Shown: positions 19,908 to 29,816 of the stretch, piece by piece
How positions within the stretch are numbered: position 1 is the first letter of the stretch
Layout: each line of letters begins with the position of its first letter
NCBI GenBank assembly: GCA_016839515.1
Contig: JAEOUE010000209.1
Coordinates: 1-64,000 of the forward strand
From: Candidatus Hodarchaeum mangrovi
GTDB lineage: Archaea > Asgardarchaeota > Heimdallarchaeia > Hodarchaeales > Hodarchaeaceae
Length of the DNA: 64,000 nt
Direction: 5' to 3'
Program-made: the position numbers and the translations under genes
Notes under the pieces: generated by a model
What the model saw: the letters and a program-made list of their open reading frames with translations, nothing else
Databases searched by the model: none
Told to the model about the DNA's origin: nothing

Positions 19908-20654
19908 ATGTCAGAATCTGAATCATTAGTTTGCCCTAATTGTAGTGAACGAAGTCCTGCAGGATATATTCTTTGTCCTTATTGTGGATTCGATTTGACT
20001 AAGATTGTTAAAGCCGCCCAACGAGTCCGAATAACTTTTAAAGAAAGCTTTTCTCGTATTTGGAGAGGATTTTTTGACCCTCGTCAAAGTAAAGGACTAT
20101 TCAATGAGGTTGGGGCTAATCCTGACAGAAGAGGGGCAATTTTAACTTTAATACTGGTATCAATGGCTTATGCGAGTCGAATTGGAGTTTATGCTATTAA
20201 AGTCTCAAGCACCACCTGGCATGATTTTCATTTCTGGTATGCTTTATTTTTTCCATTTGTTGTCTGGCCTGCCTTCTTTTTATTAGCTCTTTTTGCTTGG
20301 TTTATCCTTAGTACTGCTATATGGCTTCTGGCAAAAACTTTAGGGGGAAAAGCAGGATATCGGGAAACAATGAGCGTTGTTGGCTACTCAGTAAGTCCAC
20401 TTATTTCTGGATCACTCATCATCAGTCTTATTATTGTTCTTATCGGACCACCAATCAGTAGTATAACCTCAATAACTTCAGATCAATTCATACTTTTCGA
20501 ATTTTTATATCTCCCATTCATTGCTTTGGCTGCTTACCATTGTGGAAACGGATTAAGGGCATCCCATCTTCTAAGCGAGCCATATTCCTACTCAATTAGT
20601 GGTTTAATGGCATTATTATTTATTATCTTCTATCTACTCCCCTTGATACTGTAA
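19908..20654 (+). CDS. Zinc-ribbon + Yip1-domain membrane protein
   Basis: CPNC...CPYCG ribbon; ~5 TMs with LGGK-x-x-Y-x-x-x-x-SVVGYS-x-x-P Yip1 motif. Confidence 0.8.
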   Translation: MSESESLVCPNCSERSPAGYILCPYCGFDLTKIVKAAQRVRITFKESFSRIWRGFFDPRQSKGLFNEVGANPDRRGAILTLILVSMAYASRIGVYAIKVSSTTWHDFHFWYALFFPFVVWPAFFLLALFAWFILSTAIWLLAKTLGGKAGYRETMSVVGYSVSPLISGSLIISLIIVLIGPPISSITSITSDQFILFEFLYLPFIALAAYHCGNGLRASHLLSEPYSYSISGLMALLFIIFYLLPLIL

Positions 20655-20708
20655 AACATTCGTCGACTTAGAATTTGAAAGTGAATATTCAATCAATTGA
20701 TGAAATAA

Positions 20709-21704
20709 TTAATTCAGATATATTTTAAATTTTAATGGCATTGGGATTGAAGGATCAATCACCCGAAATATTTCTCCGTTATGAAATTCAGTTCCCATTA
20801 GTGCATCTGTTATAACCATATGTTGGGTTTCGTACAGGATTTTTATTTCAAGCCCAAGATTAAAAGAATATCTTAATTGTTCAATAAAATCAGAAAATCT
20901 TTGATCTTTAGAAGAATAAACTGGTATAATGTCTAAATGATAGGTATCGGAGCATACAAAACATGTTTTTCTCCTTTTGAGTGGTACAGATGTGAATTGA
21001 CCAGATTCTCCGTCCCAAAATAAGAAATTATTCATTGTTGGGATGCCATTGATAATTTTTAAGGCCTCTTGTGCCATTAATCCTCCAATGACTAACGAGA
21101 CACTGGATACAGATGGGATAAATTTTTTTTCTTCAACCACCTCCCGAATTTCCTTTCTTCCCTCACCAAAAGGTGTACAAGCTTTTTGTAGCTCCTGTTC
21201 TGGGATTAAAGATTGACATTCTAAACACGGGGTATGATAAGGAATGACAACTTGGATATTACCGAGGAATCCATACATTCCTCCAGATATCAAAGGAATT
21301 TTTGCTTTCACTGTGAACGCATTTAACCATCTACGAACTTTAAATGTATCTAATCCTTCAACTATAACATTAGATGTTGTTAAAAGATCATGAGGTACTT
21401 TTTCAATTGCATTTTTTATTACTTCAATCTCAATAGAAGGATTTATGGCTCTCAGTGCTTTAGCGGCAACATTTACCTTCGGTTTTCCAACATCATCCTC
21501 ATAATAGAAAAGTTGCCGATTAAGGTTACTTACTTCAATTGTGTCAAAATCTATCAAAATTAATTTTCCTACTCCAGCCATTGCAAGTGAAGCAGCAACA
21601 ACTGTTCCTAGAGCTCCAAGACCAACAATAGTAACTGTACTTTCTTTTATTCTTGTTTGGTCCCAATTTTCAATCAATAATTGACGTGCATAGCGATCAG
21701 TCAT
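20709..21704 (-). CDS. Ubiquitin-activating enzyme E1 (ThiF/MoeB fold, catalytic Cys, C-terminal UFD-like domain)
   Basis: RYARQ, GLGALG, D-x-IEVSNLNRQ, PCLEC, CTPFG catalytic Cys, CFVC; adjacent to ubiquitin. Confidence 0.9.
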   Translation of the reverse strand: MTDRYARQLLIENWDQTRIKESTVTIVGLGALGTVVAASLAMAGVGKLILIDFDTIEVSNLNRQLFYYEDDVGKPKVNVAAKALRAINPSIEIEVIKNAIEKVPHDLLTTSNVIVEGLDTFKVRRWLNAFTVKAKIPLISGGMYGFLGNIQVVIPYHTPCLECQSLIPEQELQKACTPFGEGRKEIREVVEEKKFIPSVSSVSLVIGGLMAQEALKIINGIPTMNNFLFWDGESGQFTSVPLKRRKTCFVCSDTYHLDIIPVYSSKDQRFSDFIEQLRYSFNLGLEIKILYETQHMVITDALMGTEFHNGEIFRVIDPSIPMPLKFKIYLN

Positions 21705-21748
21705 ATATTAGGCCCGCGGATGCACGTCTTTCTCTGAATCTTAAATTT

Positions 21749-21997
21749 CTACCTTTTCCCACCAGTGGTTCGTGTAATCATGTACAGCTTATCATGTTCT
21801 TGAATCCCAGCTGTCTTTAAAGTTTCGCTCTCATCAAGTTGTTTTCCTTGAAAGACTAGAATAACGGTTCCTGGAGGGATTCTATTTTCACTAGCAACTC
21901 TTCTTTTAATTGCTGCTATAGAATCAGTCATTTCACATTCAAGAGGTATTTCTCTACCGCCAATTGCCTGAACAATAGTGATTTGCATGTTCTTCAC
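21749..21997 (-). CDS. Eukaryote-type ubiquitin precursor (GG followed by KR)
   Basis: MQI-x-I, IPP, LVFQGKQLDE, TL-x-x-x-GI and R-x-x-GG match the ubiquitin fold. Confidence 0.93.
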   Translation of the reverse strand: MKNMQITIVQAIGGREIPLECEMTDSIAAIKRRVASENRIPPGTVILVFQGKQLDESETLKTAGIQEHDKLYMITRTTGGKR

Positions 21998-22125
21998 TCA
22001 AATATTCGCATTGTAAAAGATTTGTGAGTTACACTTCATCTCTGCCTTTTAAAATATATGGAATGGGGTACACAAATTATATACTAAATAACTCTATCGA
22101 ATTTTTTCTAATCGAAAGGATAGAT

Positions 22126-22914
22126 TTAATCATCTTCTGGTTCAATAAAACTGATTCCATCATTTGTAATTTCATAGCGTAGAGTTTTAGTCGTGTGATT
22201 AGTACCACGCATCTTAGTGATTCGAAGGATTCGCATCATTTCCCCACGAACAGAAAGCATATCAAGATGAAAAATAGAATCGGCAATATACTCTTCTCCA
22301 AACAAGGTATGATCAGAGGTACTTGATAATTCTGATATTGCTATTGTAGTAACGTTTAAGGCAGCAATATTTGCCAAAAATCCAGTTGCTAATTTTCTTA
22401 AAAAACCATAGTCATTTCCATAATCATAAAATCTAAATGCAGCTAGGGGATCTATTACTATTCGTTCAATTTTCTTTTCCTCTACTTTTTGGGATATTAA
22501 ATAAAAAATTTTATGTAAGAAAGTAGGTAATGATGTCTCATCATAGGGAACCCCTTCTACATCCAACATCAATTCAGTATCCTCACTATACGAAAGACTA
22601 TCAGGATCCCATAATTCCCATCCAGATGGCGTAAAGTCAAGCATGATTACTTTTTCAGGTTCTGCAAAATAATTGTGATCGAAAAAAGAAAAAGAACTTG
22701 CATCTCGTCGTATAGCCCATGGTGGTTCTTGCATTGCTACTAATAATCCATTTTCATTTCGACGAGCTCCATCAAAGAGAAAATGTAATCCAAAAATTGT
22801 CTTACCTGCTCCTGCAGGTCCTATTAGCAAATTAGTAGTTCCTTTGATAAAACCACCTTGAGTATAAGCATCAATAAATGGTATTCCTGTTGTTACGCGC
22901 ACACGTTCAAACAA
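22126..22914 (-). CDS. KaiC/RAD55-family RecA-fold ATPase
   Basis: TGIP-x-D, GPAGAGKT, RIVID, EYIAD, KMRGT-x-H motifs. Confidence 0.9.
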   Translation of the reverse strand: MFERVRVTTGIPFIDAYTQGGFIKGTTNLLIGPAGAGKTIFGLHFLFDGARRNENGLLVAMQEPPWAIRRDASSFSFFDHNYFAEPEKVIMLDFTPSGWELWDPDSLSYSEDTELMLDVEGVPYDETSLPTFLHKIFYLISQKVEEKKIERIVIDPLAAFRFYDYGNDYGFLRKLATGFLANIAALNVTTIAISELSSTSDHTLFGEEYIADSIFHLDMLSVRGEMMRILRITKMRGTNHTTKTLRYEITNDGISFIEPEDD

Positions 22915-23082
22915 TGAATCTCACTCTCAAAAATCAGAATATTTTATCTCTAAGTGAAACCTACGGTGAAATATTATTCATTACCCATTCAGAATATTAA
23001 TCTCATATAAAAGGTAATTTGTATGGTATTATAATCTTCTATCTATTTTTTTAATTATTATCATATACTATAGAAATCAAAA

Positions 23083-23646
23083 TCACTTTTGATAGTTAAT
23101 ATTCTGCTTACTAGCTTCTAGCTGTTCAATAAAGTACCGAAATGCTGATTCCAAATTTTCACCACTTCTTATTCCACCAGGATCAGCTGCTACTGTTCCA
23201 AAAATAAAGTAGTTTCTCTTTTGAAGTTTTTGAAGTAAAAAATGCCTTTTAAAAAAGTCTGGATATAGAGCATTTGGTAAATCTTGCTTATTAGCTATAA
23301 TAAGAATCGGTATATTTTCAGAAATAAGTTCCAACGCATCTTGTAGCCATTGTTCATCATATTTAAAATCACGACGGGAACTGTCAATAACAAAGACCAA
23401 TCCATCTGCGTTTTTGACAAATCTTTCATGATAACGCATATCTAGGAATTTCCTCTGACCCCCAACATCAATTAAACTGATAACTGATCCATCTAAAACA
23501 ACATGACTAATTCCGAAAGCAATTGTAGGCCTGATGTTGCTAGGTGGAGGATAACCATGCTCAAGATAAAATGCGATGGAAGATTTACCTACACCACTAG
23601 TTCCTAATAAAACAACTGAATAAATTGTTTTAGATGGTAATTCCAT
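23083..23646 (-). CDS. Arf/Arl-like small GTPase
   Basis: GTSGVGKS, PT-x-x-F, DVGGQ, VFVIDSS, ANKQD motifs. Confidence 0.88.
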   Translation of the reverse strand: MELPSKTIYSVVLLGTSGVGKSSIAFYLEHGYPPPSNIRPTIAFGISHVVLDGSVISLIDVGGQRKFLDMRYHERFVKNADGLVFVIDSSRRDFKYDEQWLQDALELISENIPILIIANKQDLPNALYPDFFKRHFLLQKLQKRNYFIFGTVAADPGGIRSGENLESAFRYFIEQLEASKQNINYQK

Positions 23647-23879
23647 ATATATATTATCCTGTCTGTTGCCTTTTTCAAGAAAGAAGCAAAAAAATCTAGA
23701 TTTTAGAGACGAAACATTAAGTCAAAGATTTATACGTTTTAATCAGGTTTTTAAGTTTAAAAAACTGACTAAATATTTTTGTACCGATAAATCACAAAAA
23801 AAGCTTTTTTAGGTATACTTCTAACTTCATTTCACAAGATTTATGAGTTTGTATTAGAAAAAATAATATGTGAATTTTA

Positions 23880-24272
23880 ATGCCTGATGATACTCGAGAA
23901 ATCGAGATTGAATCTCTGAAAACTCCAAAAGGTGATGTTCCAACAATAAAAGGATTGGAAACAGCGTTGAATGCAACTTATAATGATTTCAACAGTATAA
24001 ATACTTCGTTATCACAAATTAATAAATCTATTACAAGTATTTTTGAAAAATTGGAATTCTATAATACTCAAATGAAAGAATTAAGTGAATCAATTACAAA
24101 ATTAGTTGTTTATTTAGCAAAATTGGAAGCATCTATTGATAATACCCAAGATCTAACTCAAAAGCACTTATTCATAGAAAAAACTGATTTAATAGCTTTA
24201 AAAAATGATTTAGCTGGAATACTAGAACAATTACAACATGAGGTGTTCAGAAAATCCATTCAAGAAAAATAA
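23880..24272 (+). CDS. Coiled-coil hypothetical protein
   Basis: 130-aa ORF with heptad periodicity. Confidence 0.65.
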   Translation: MPDDTREIEIESLKTPKGDVPTIKGLETALNATYNDFNSINTSLSQINKSITSIFEKLEFYNTQMKELSESITKLVVYLAKLEASIDNTQDLTQKHLFIEKTDLIALKNDLAGILEQLQHEVFRKSIQEK

Positions 24273-24571
24273 TTATAAAAAAACGCACAATTGAAAAAGC
24301 ACCTTCAAAAAAAACTATTTTTTTACCAAAATCAGGATTTTTAAATTCTTTAAATAATGATATAAAATTAAAATCTAGGACTATTGGAGACTGGAATCCC
24401 TTTTCTCAACCTCAACAATGTATGATTTGTTGGAAGCCTGTTGAAGTTGAAGGAAAAGATATACGGAATCATATGCAATGTAGGCATTGCCATCGAATAG
24501 CTCACAGAGATCATCTCCTTCAATGGCTTGAAAAAAAAGATTATTGTCCTGTCTGCAAAGGAAAATTGTGA
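24254..24571 (+). CDS. Small RING-finger E3 ligase, absent from ORF track; start uncertain (non-canonical)
   Basis: Manual translation: ...QQCMICWKPVEVEGKDIRNHMQCRHCHRIAHRDHLLQWLEKKDYCPVCKGKL*; frame open from 24242; stop 24569-24571. Confidence 0.85.
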   Translation: MHSRKIIIKKRTIEKAPSKKTIFLPKSGFLNSLNNDIKLKSRTIGDWNPFSQPQQCMICWKPVEVEGKDIRNHMQCRHCHRIAHRDHLLQWLEKKDYCPVCKGKL

Positions 24572-24573
24572 GA

Positions 24574-25023
24574 ATGAACGTTAATCTACCTGGACTTATT
24601 AAAGAAATCATTTCAGATATTGAAAATCTCTTGAATAAAATGAATTTTGATCGAGGCCTAGTAAAACCAGTTAAAATTAGAAGATCACATAATAATATTA
24701 TTGTAACATGGAATATATTCCCTTCTTCAACTCATATTGGCATATATACAAATCTTCAAGAAATAATTTCAAAAAATTTGTTTAATATCAATGGAGAAAT
24801 TTTATCATACAATATTACGGAGGGTTTAATTACTGATCATACTCATCATACCTTTAATGAATTTTTGATCCATCAAGGATCTAATTGGGATATCTATCTC
24901 TATGATCCTGAAATTTTTATATATATACGGTTGATTATTGAGTCGAATATAAAAACGGTGGATAAAAAATGGATTTCGCTTGATATTGACGTCATTGAGA
25001 AATCAGCTTGGTTTTTAGAATAA
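24574..25023 (+). CDS. Hypothetical protein (likely ATG at 24574, just after the RING stop)
   Basis: Long ORF; ATG 2 nt after RING TGA. Confidence 0.6.
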   Translation: MNVNLPGLIKEIISDIENLLNKMNFDRGLVKPVKIRRSHNNIIVTWNIFPSSTHIGIYTNLQEIISKNLFNINGEILSYNITEGLITDHTHHTFNEFLIHQGSNWDIYLYDPEIFIYIRLIIESNIKTVDKKWISLDIDVIEKSAWFLE

Positions 25024-25034
25024 TTTTTTCTGAA

Positions 25035-25982
25035 TTATATGATCTTCCATCTTAGTGAATGAGATTCATATTCAACTAAACCTTCATTTTCTAACTCTCT
25101 GAGAAAAGCTGTGGCAGTTGTTTCTTCAACCCCTAATTCATCAAAAGGTGTGTTCCAGTCAATACCGAGAATCTTACAAAATTCCTCCGCTATATAACGA
25201 ATTTTTGCCTCCCCAACACTTAACAAGACATCATAAATAGTATCTTTTGTGTGTTTATGCTCAAAAGTCAGATTATGGACGTATAAGTCAAATGGTTTTG
25301 GTACAGGACTTTGGTGAGTTGGACAAATATTCTCTGTTTTGATTTTACTCAATAGGTCCAAGACTTTGGCTCGTTTCATAGAGCTTCCTGTATTATCGAT
25401 GAAAAAAGCAGAGTAATTTTCTGGATAAATGTTTCCTTCATCTCCGATGAATGTACATTCTCCCCTGTAAGCTTGAATAATTATGGAATCGGCAGAATGT
25501 CCACCAGTATGTTGTAATATTAATTCCTCCCCACCAAGATCAAGGGTTTCACTTTTATTAAAAGTATATACTAATTCCTCCTTTACTTTACCAATTTTGG
25601 ATAAGAGAGAAGACTTCATTGCTAAATTAAATTTTGAAACAAAAGGAAATTGCTTCTCTAAAATGAACTTTTGGCCCTCTTTCAAAGCTTCTAATCCTAA
25701 TTCATGAACCCAAACTTGTGGTTTTATTTCAGCAAAAGCATTCATACCAGCCCAATGATCAGGATGAGTATGAGTTAAAATTAGATATGAAATTTCTCCC
25801 GGATCCCGACCTGCTTTCTTAATGTACTTGATGATCTCCTTTCCAATCGAATGTGAAGGAATATCGATAACTGCGATCTTTTCATCACCTAATATTAAAT
25901 AACTAGAGAATAATTCGCCTTTTTTTCCTTTGTCACCAATTACTTGATATATTCCTGATACCCATTCAATAAATTCTACCAT
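25035..25982 (-). CDS. Metallo-beta-lactamase-fold hydrolase with C-terminal winged helix
   Basis: THTHPDH, GGHS, GD, P-x-H motifs. Confidence 0.9.
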   Translation of the reverse strand: MVEFIEWVSGIYQVIGDKGKKGELFSSYLILGDEKIAVIDIPSHSIGKEIIKYIKKAGRDPGEISYLILTHTHPDHWAGMNAFAEIKPQVWVHELGLEALKEGQKFILEKQFPFVSKFNLAMKSSLLSKIGKVKEELVYTFNKSETLDLGGEELILQHTGGHSADSIIIQAYRGECTFIGDEGNIYPENYSAFFIDNTGSSMKRAKVLDLLSKIKTENICPTHQSPVPKPFDLYVHNLTFEHKHTKDTIYDVLLSVGEAKIRYIAEEFCKILGIDWNTPFDELGVEETTATAFLRELENEGLVEYESHSLRWKII

Positions 25983-26494
25983 TGAATCTCACCACAGATT
26001 TTATTTATTTAGATCCATTCAATAAATTTGATTATTAAGTTTTTGCGATTGGGGAGAAAAAATGTCGAATAAATGATAGATTTTACAATTATTTCTTCTA
26101 AACGTTTCTTGAAGGTCAAAAAAAATGATTTAAAGTCTCTATTATCATAGACAATTTTAAAATAGTATAAAATCAAATATCTGAATAAAATTTTTTATTT
26201 AAAAATAAATAAAATAAAAGTTTAGATTTAATTATAGCTTGAAATTGATTATTTCAAGAACATTCATAAAATTCTCTCGTTTTCTGAAGAACCTACTCAT
26301 CTTTTTCCTTTAAATTCTTTTTAATCCATAAAAGTAACTACATAAAGAATTTAAAATAGGAATCTTTTAATAAAACATCTTACTATTTAGCTTTTTAGGA
26401 CGCTTCAATTCAAATCATTACCTATTTCTAATTATATGATTATATAAAGATTTAATTACCTAAAAAAAATTAATTCAAAGGATGAGTAAGGATT

Positions 26495-27511
26495 ATGAAT
26501 ATTGATGAAATAGTTGATAAGAAATATATACCAGTTATTGATCCTACTGCTCCTGATTCCCCAGCAGAGAAGGGAGCTAATGCATTTCTTGCTGAGTATG
26601 GAGGAATTGTTGAGGAAGTCGCTCTAGTCTGTAAAAAGGAGGATGGATTAGTCACATATCGCTCAGGTGCTGCACCAAGTGATCGTCATTATGAAAATTT
26701 CTTTACAGACTTCACAGAACTAGCAAATGATCTTGGAATGCGAACACATGCAATTTCCTATGCTTTTGGAGATTCTTATCTAGGACAAGATCCAAATTAT
26801 TCAATAGGAAAATCAGATGGAACACGAATACATGATTATATCGATCCTGCAGTAGAAGGTTATTGGAAACACATGATTTATATCGCACGAGAAGTAGCTC
26901 GTCAACCTATCCAAAGTTTAATTTTCCAAGAGTTCCTATATCCAAGACAAGAATATTCATTTACTCGAAGATCCATTCGTAAATTTTCAGAAATCTCAGG
27001 AGTATCGCTTGATACAACTTACATTGATATCCAAAGAGATCCACAAATACAAAGAATGTTTGAGGAATGGAGATCAGAATTAATTACAACTGCTTTTCGT
27101 GAAACTCTTGAAATGGCACGTTCAGAACGTCCAGAACTTGATGTTGGCATGATTATTCCTGTAGATCCAGAAACAGATTGGAGTGAGGGATTCTACAGGC
27201 ATTTTGGGATCAATCTTGATAAGATAATTGAAATTAGTGGGTATATAATCTATCATTTAATGCCTTATTCGCCAATGTATCCTGAACCCAATACCCCAGG
27301 ATGGGATTCTTTAATTCGTGCCATTAGAAGCTCGAGATTGTACGAGGAAAGCGGATATAAAAAAGCTTTATTCATATGGGGTTTGTCAAATGAAGAAGAT
27401 GTTGAATGGATTGATAATCTTAAACGTGAAGTGAGGGCAGAAAGAATTTTTGCCCGTCTAGAGCATCCACCGAAATACACTGTTAAACGAGAAATTCACC
27501 GCGGGGTATAA
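26495..27511 (+). CDS. TIM-barrel glycoside-hydrolase-like protein (GHL10/DUF4015-like)
   Basis: K-x-x-DG-x-V-x-Y, IDP...YW, F-x-YP, EWR-x-x-x-IT pattern. Confidence 0.55.
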   Translation: MNIDEIVDKKYIPVIDPTAPDSPAEKGANAFLAEYGGIVEEVALVCKKEDGLVTYRSGAAPSDRHYENFFTDFTELANDLGMRTHAISYAFGDSYLGQDPNYSIGKSDGTRIHDYIDPAVEGYWKHMIYIAREVARQPIQSLIFQEFLYPRQEYSFTRRSIRKFSEISGVSLDTTYIDIQRDPQIQRMFEEWRSELITTAFRETLEMARSERPELDVGMIIPVDPETDWSEGFYRHFGINLDKIIEISGYIIYHLMPYSPMYPEPNTPGWDSLIRAIRSSRLYEESGYKKALFIWGLSNEEDVEWIDNLKREVRAERIFARLEHPPKYTVKREIHRGV

Positions 27512-27532
27512 AAGCATAAAATACCAGAAATT

Positions 27533-28003
27533 CTAATGCTCTTGGCTCCAATGAGCATATTGTTTTACATACTCAACAGCTTGTTTTTTAAAACTAATTG
27601 GATCTCTTTTCCACATTCTTGCAGCGGCACCGTTCAAGGGATCATCTGGATTTGGGGCATTTAATAGAAAGCGTATTGTTTCTATTACTTGAACTAGACT
27701 ATATGCAGGACTCCATTCTTTCCCAAGGATACCAACACAAACTTTCTCTTTGAATATATTTACGTGCCATATGGGTGTTTTAAAACGAATATGGGGTGGT
27801 TCATATGGATAACGGCGTGGTATCTTAATTTCGATTAAAAAAACTCCTCCTTCATATAGTCCAGATCCTAAGATTTCTCCACGCCAATGGGTTAAATCAT
27901 TATTCACTGTTCGGAAGGTAGGTTGTTCTCTTGTTAGTTCTTGGGCCTCAATAGCTAAACGGTCAAGCCATTCTTCTTCAGTAAGCATTTTTAAAATCGT
28001 CAT
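27533..28003 (-). CDS. Ubiquitin-conjugating enzyme E2
   Basis: YEGG-x-F, YP-x-x-PP, WH-x-NI...VC-x-x-IL-x-x-x-WSPA with active Cys, PNPDDPLN. Confidence 0.95.
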   Translation of the reverse strand: MTILKMLTEEEWLDRLAIEAQELTREQPTFRTVNNDLTHWRGEILGSGLYEGGVFLIEIKIPRRYPYEPPHIRFKTPIWHVNIFKEKVCVGILGKEWSPAYSLVQVIETIRFLLNAPNPDDPLNGAAARMWKRDPISFKKQAVEYVKQYAHWSQEH

Positions 28004-28233
28004 CCTGCATCTATGACTGTTAAGACTATAGTAAATAGCCTATTTTGCCTCAAAAGCTTATTTAATACACTCATTATGGTATTATATACACATTTCTAAT
28101 TGAATTTTAAAAATGGCTTTTAAAGCAAATTCTGATATTTACTTCTGATTAAAAGAAATCCTTTTCAATATATCTTTAGGCAAAGATTTCATATTTGTAT
28201 AGGTTATTTCAATTAAAATGAGGAATAAAGAAA

Positions 28234-28533
28234 ATGTCTGAGGCATATATAGATATAGTTGAACGATTTATTCAATTGCAGGAAATTATGAAAGAAGATG
28301 ATAAACGGTTCAAAAAAGATCTGAAAAGAACCGCCCGAATAGCATCTCTTCTAGCCTATGCAAGCATATATTCAAGATTTGATCTTGAAAAACAATATAA
28401 AGTATATAAAGCAATGATTCAAACCATGTCAGAAAAAATGGAAGACTTTAAGACCCTTGGAGATCTAGTATTAGATATTGCTGCTACTTTGATCCTTGCA
28501 TCTGAAGGAAACAAATACATTCGGGAAAAATAA
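28234..28533 (+). CDS. Small helical hypothetical protein
   Basis: 99-aa ORF with ATG and upstream GAGG. Confidence 0.6.
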   Translation: MSEAYIDIVERFIQLQEIMKEDDKRFKKDLKRTARIASLLAYASIYSRFDLEKQYKVYKAMIQTMSEKMEDFKTLGDLVLDIAATLILASEGNKYIREK

Positions 28534-28638
28534 TAGCTGTATTTGGAGATTGAAATGGTTTTTGTATTTTAATTAACTCAAGGGTATAAAAAATAAAGAA
28601 AGAAAAAAGTCACTATTATTAAATGTCTTCCTTTCTTC

Positions 28639-28800
28639 TTAATGCCAATTCCATAAGTCTTTTGGATCAATCTTAGGTTCAATTCCATACTTTTGTTCTA
28701 ATGGGTGAATTTGATCCATTTTTTTTATATCCACTTTTCCTGATGAAGAAATATCAGGTTTACCCTGTACTCCTTTAGGAGTTTGTATTCTACCAGCCAT
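28639..28800 (-). CDS. Small hypothetical protein (MAGRIQTPKG...)
   Basis: ATG at 28800 preceded by purine-rich SD-like tract; non-overlapping. Confidence 0.5.
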   Translation of the reverse strand: MAGRIQTPKGVQGKPDISSSGKVDIKKMDQIHPLEQKYGIEPKIDPKDLWNWH

Positions 28801-29094
28801 TCTTCTTACCTTTTCTCCATAAAAGTGCAATCCACTAGTTGGATTACGAAATAAATAATGGTTTAATTAATTGATAAAGGCATTTCATACCTCTGTATTG
28901 CGCTTATTACTTTTTTAATTGATTTAGTAAAAATTTTTCAAAGAAAATTCATAGCTTAAATGAAAGAAATCTCCCTTTAAAATAGGGTGTATTAAATTCT
29001 TATACGAATAAAGAATATAAAATAGCCTTAAAATAGAGTATAAAATTTATGAGTCCAGTTCTACATATTGCAGATGAAATAAATAAGAATTACT

Positions 29095-29814
29095 GTGAGA
29101 AATTTGTTCCAAATATTGAAAAAAAAGATTTTCATATTTTTATTGAAAAAGATATTTCTCTCTCAACCACTGTTAAAGCTGGATTCTGAGCAAGAACTTT
29201 TGTTCGAACATATCTTTCAAAATAATCTAAGTCAGGAAAATATTCCTAGTCTTATAACTGAAATTCCATTTCCCAAATTTAAATTTCTTTATTTCATCCT
29301 AAAAACGAAAAAAGTGTTATTACATGGATCAAACCAAAAAAATTTGAAAATTCTCATACCTCAAAAGCAAACAGATTACAAAGGAGATGCTGTAAATGCT
29401 GTTTTTGCATCAGGAGACGCCATATGGCCTATATTTTTTGCGATTTTAGATCAAAAGATATATAAAGGCGGTATTCGCAATGCATGTATAAAAATTCAGC
29501 ACAATCAGCAAAAAGAGAGTCATTACTACTTTTTTTCATTAGAGAAAGCTGGTCTTCTACAAAAACCTTGGACTGATGGGATGATATATGTAGTTTCGAA
29601 AGAATCTTTTAACCCAACGAGTACAGGTATCGTTAGGTTTGATGAATGGATGAGTAATGATCCAATTAAAATTTTAATGGCTCTCCATGTTCAACCAAAT
29701 GATTTCCCTTTTTTAAATAATATTTCTGGACATCAAAAAGGAGAATCAATGATAAAGTCTTGGTTATTTTATAAATGGAGATTAAGTAAGCTCAAAAATA
29801 ACAAAGAAAAATAA
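29095..29814 (+). CDS. Hypothetical protein
   Basis: 239-aa ORF with LLHGS and VFA...FFAI conserved-looking blocks. Confidence 0.6.
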   Translation: MRNLFQILKKKIFIFLLKKIFLSQPLLKLDSEQELLFEHIFQNNLSQENIPSLITEIPFPKFKFLYFILKTKKVLLHGSNQKNLKILIPQKQTDYKGDAVNAVFASGDAIWPIFFAILDQKIYKGGIRNACIKIQHNQQKESHYYFFSLEKAGLLQKPWTDGMIYVVSKESFNPTSTGIVRFDEWMSNDPIKILMALHVQPNDFPFLNNISGHQKGESMIKSWLFYKWRLSKLKNNKEK

Positions 29815-29816
29815 AC

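Noticed and set aside
24381-24611. 76-aa minus-strand ORF
   Set aside because: Antisense to the RING-finger frame, which has a clear motif
25983-26494. Long AT-rich intergenic region as a possible replication origin
   Set aside because: No ORB-like repeats and no adjacent cdc6/orc1; consistent with divergent promoters
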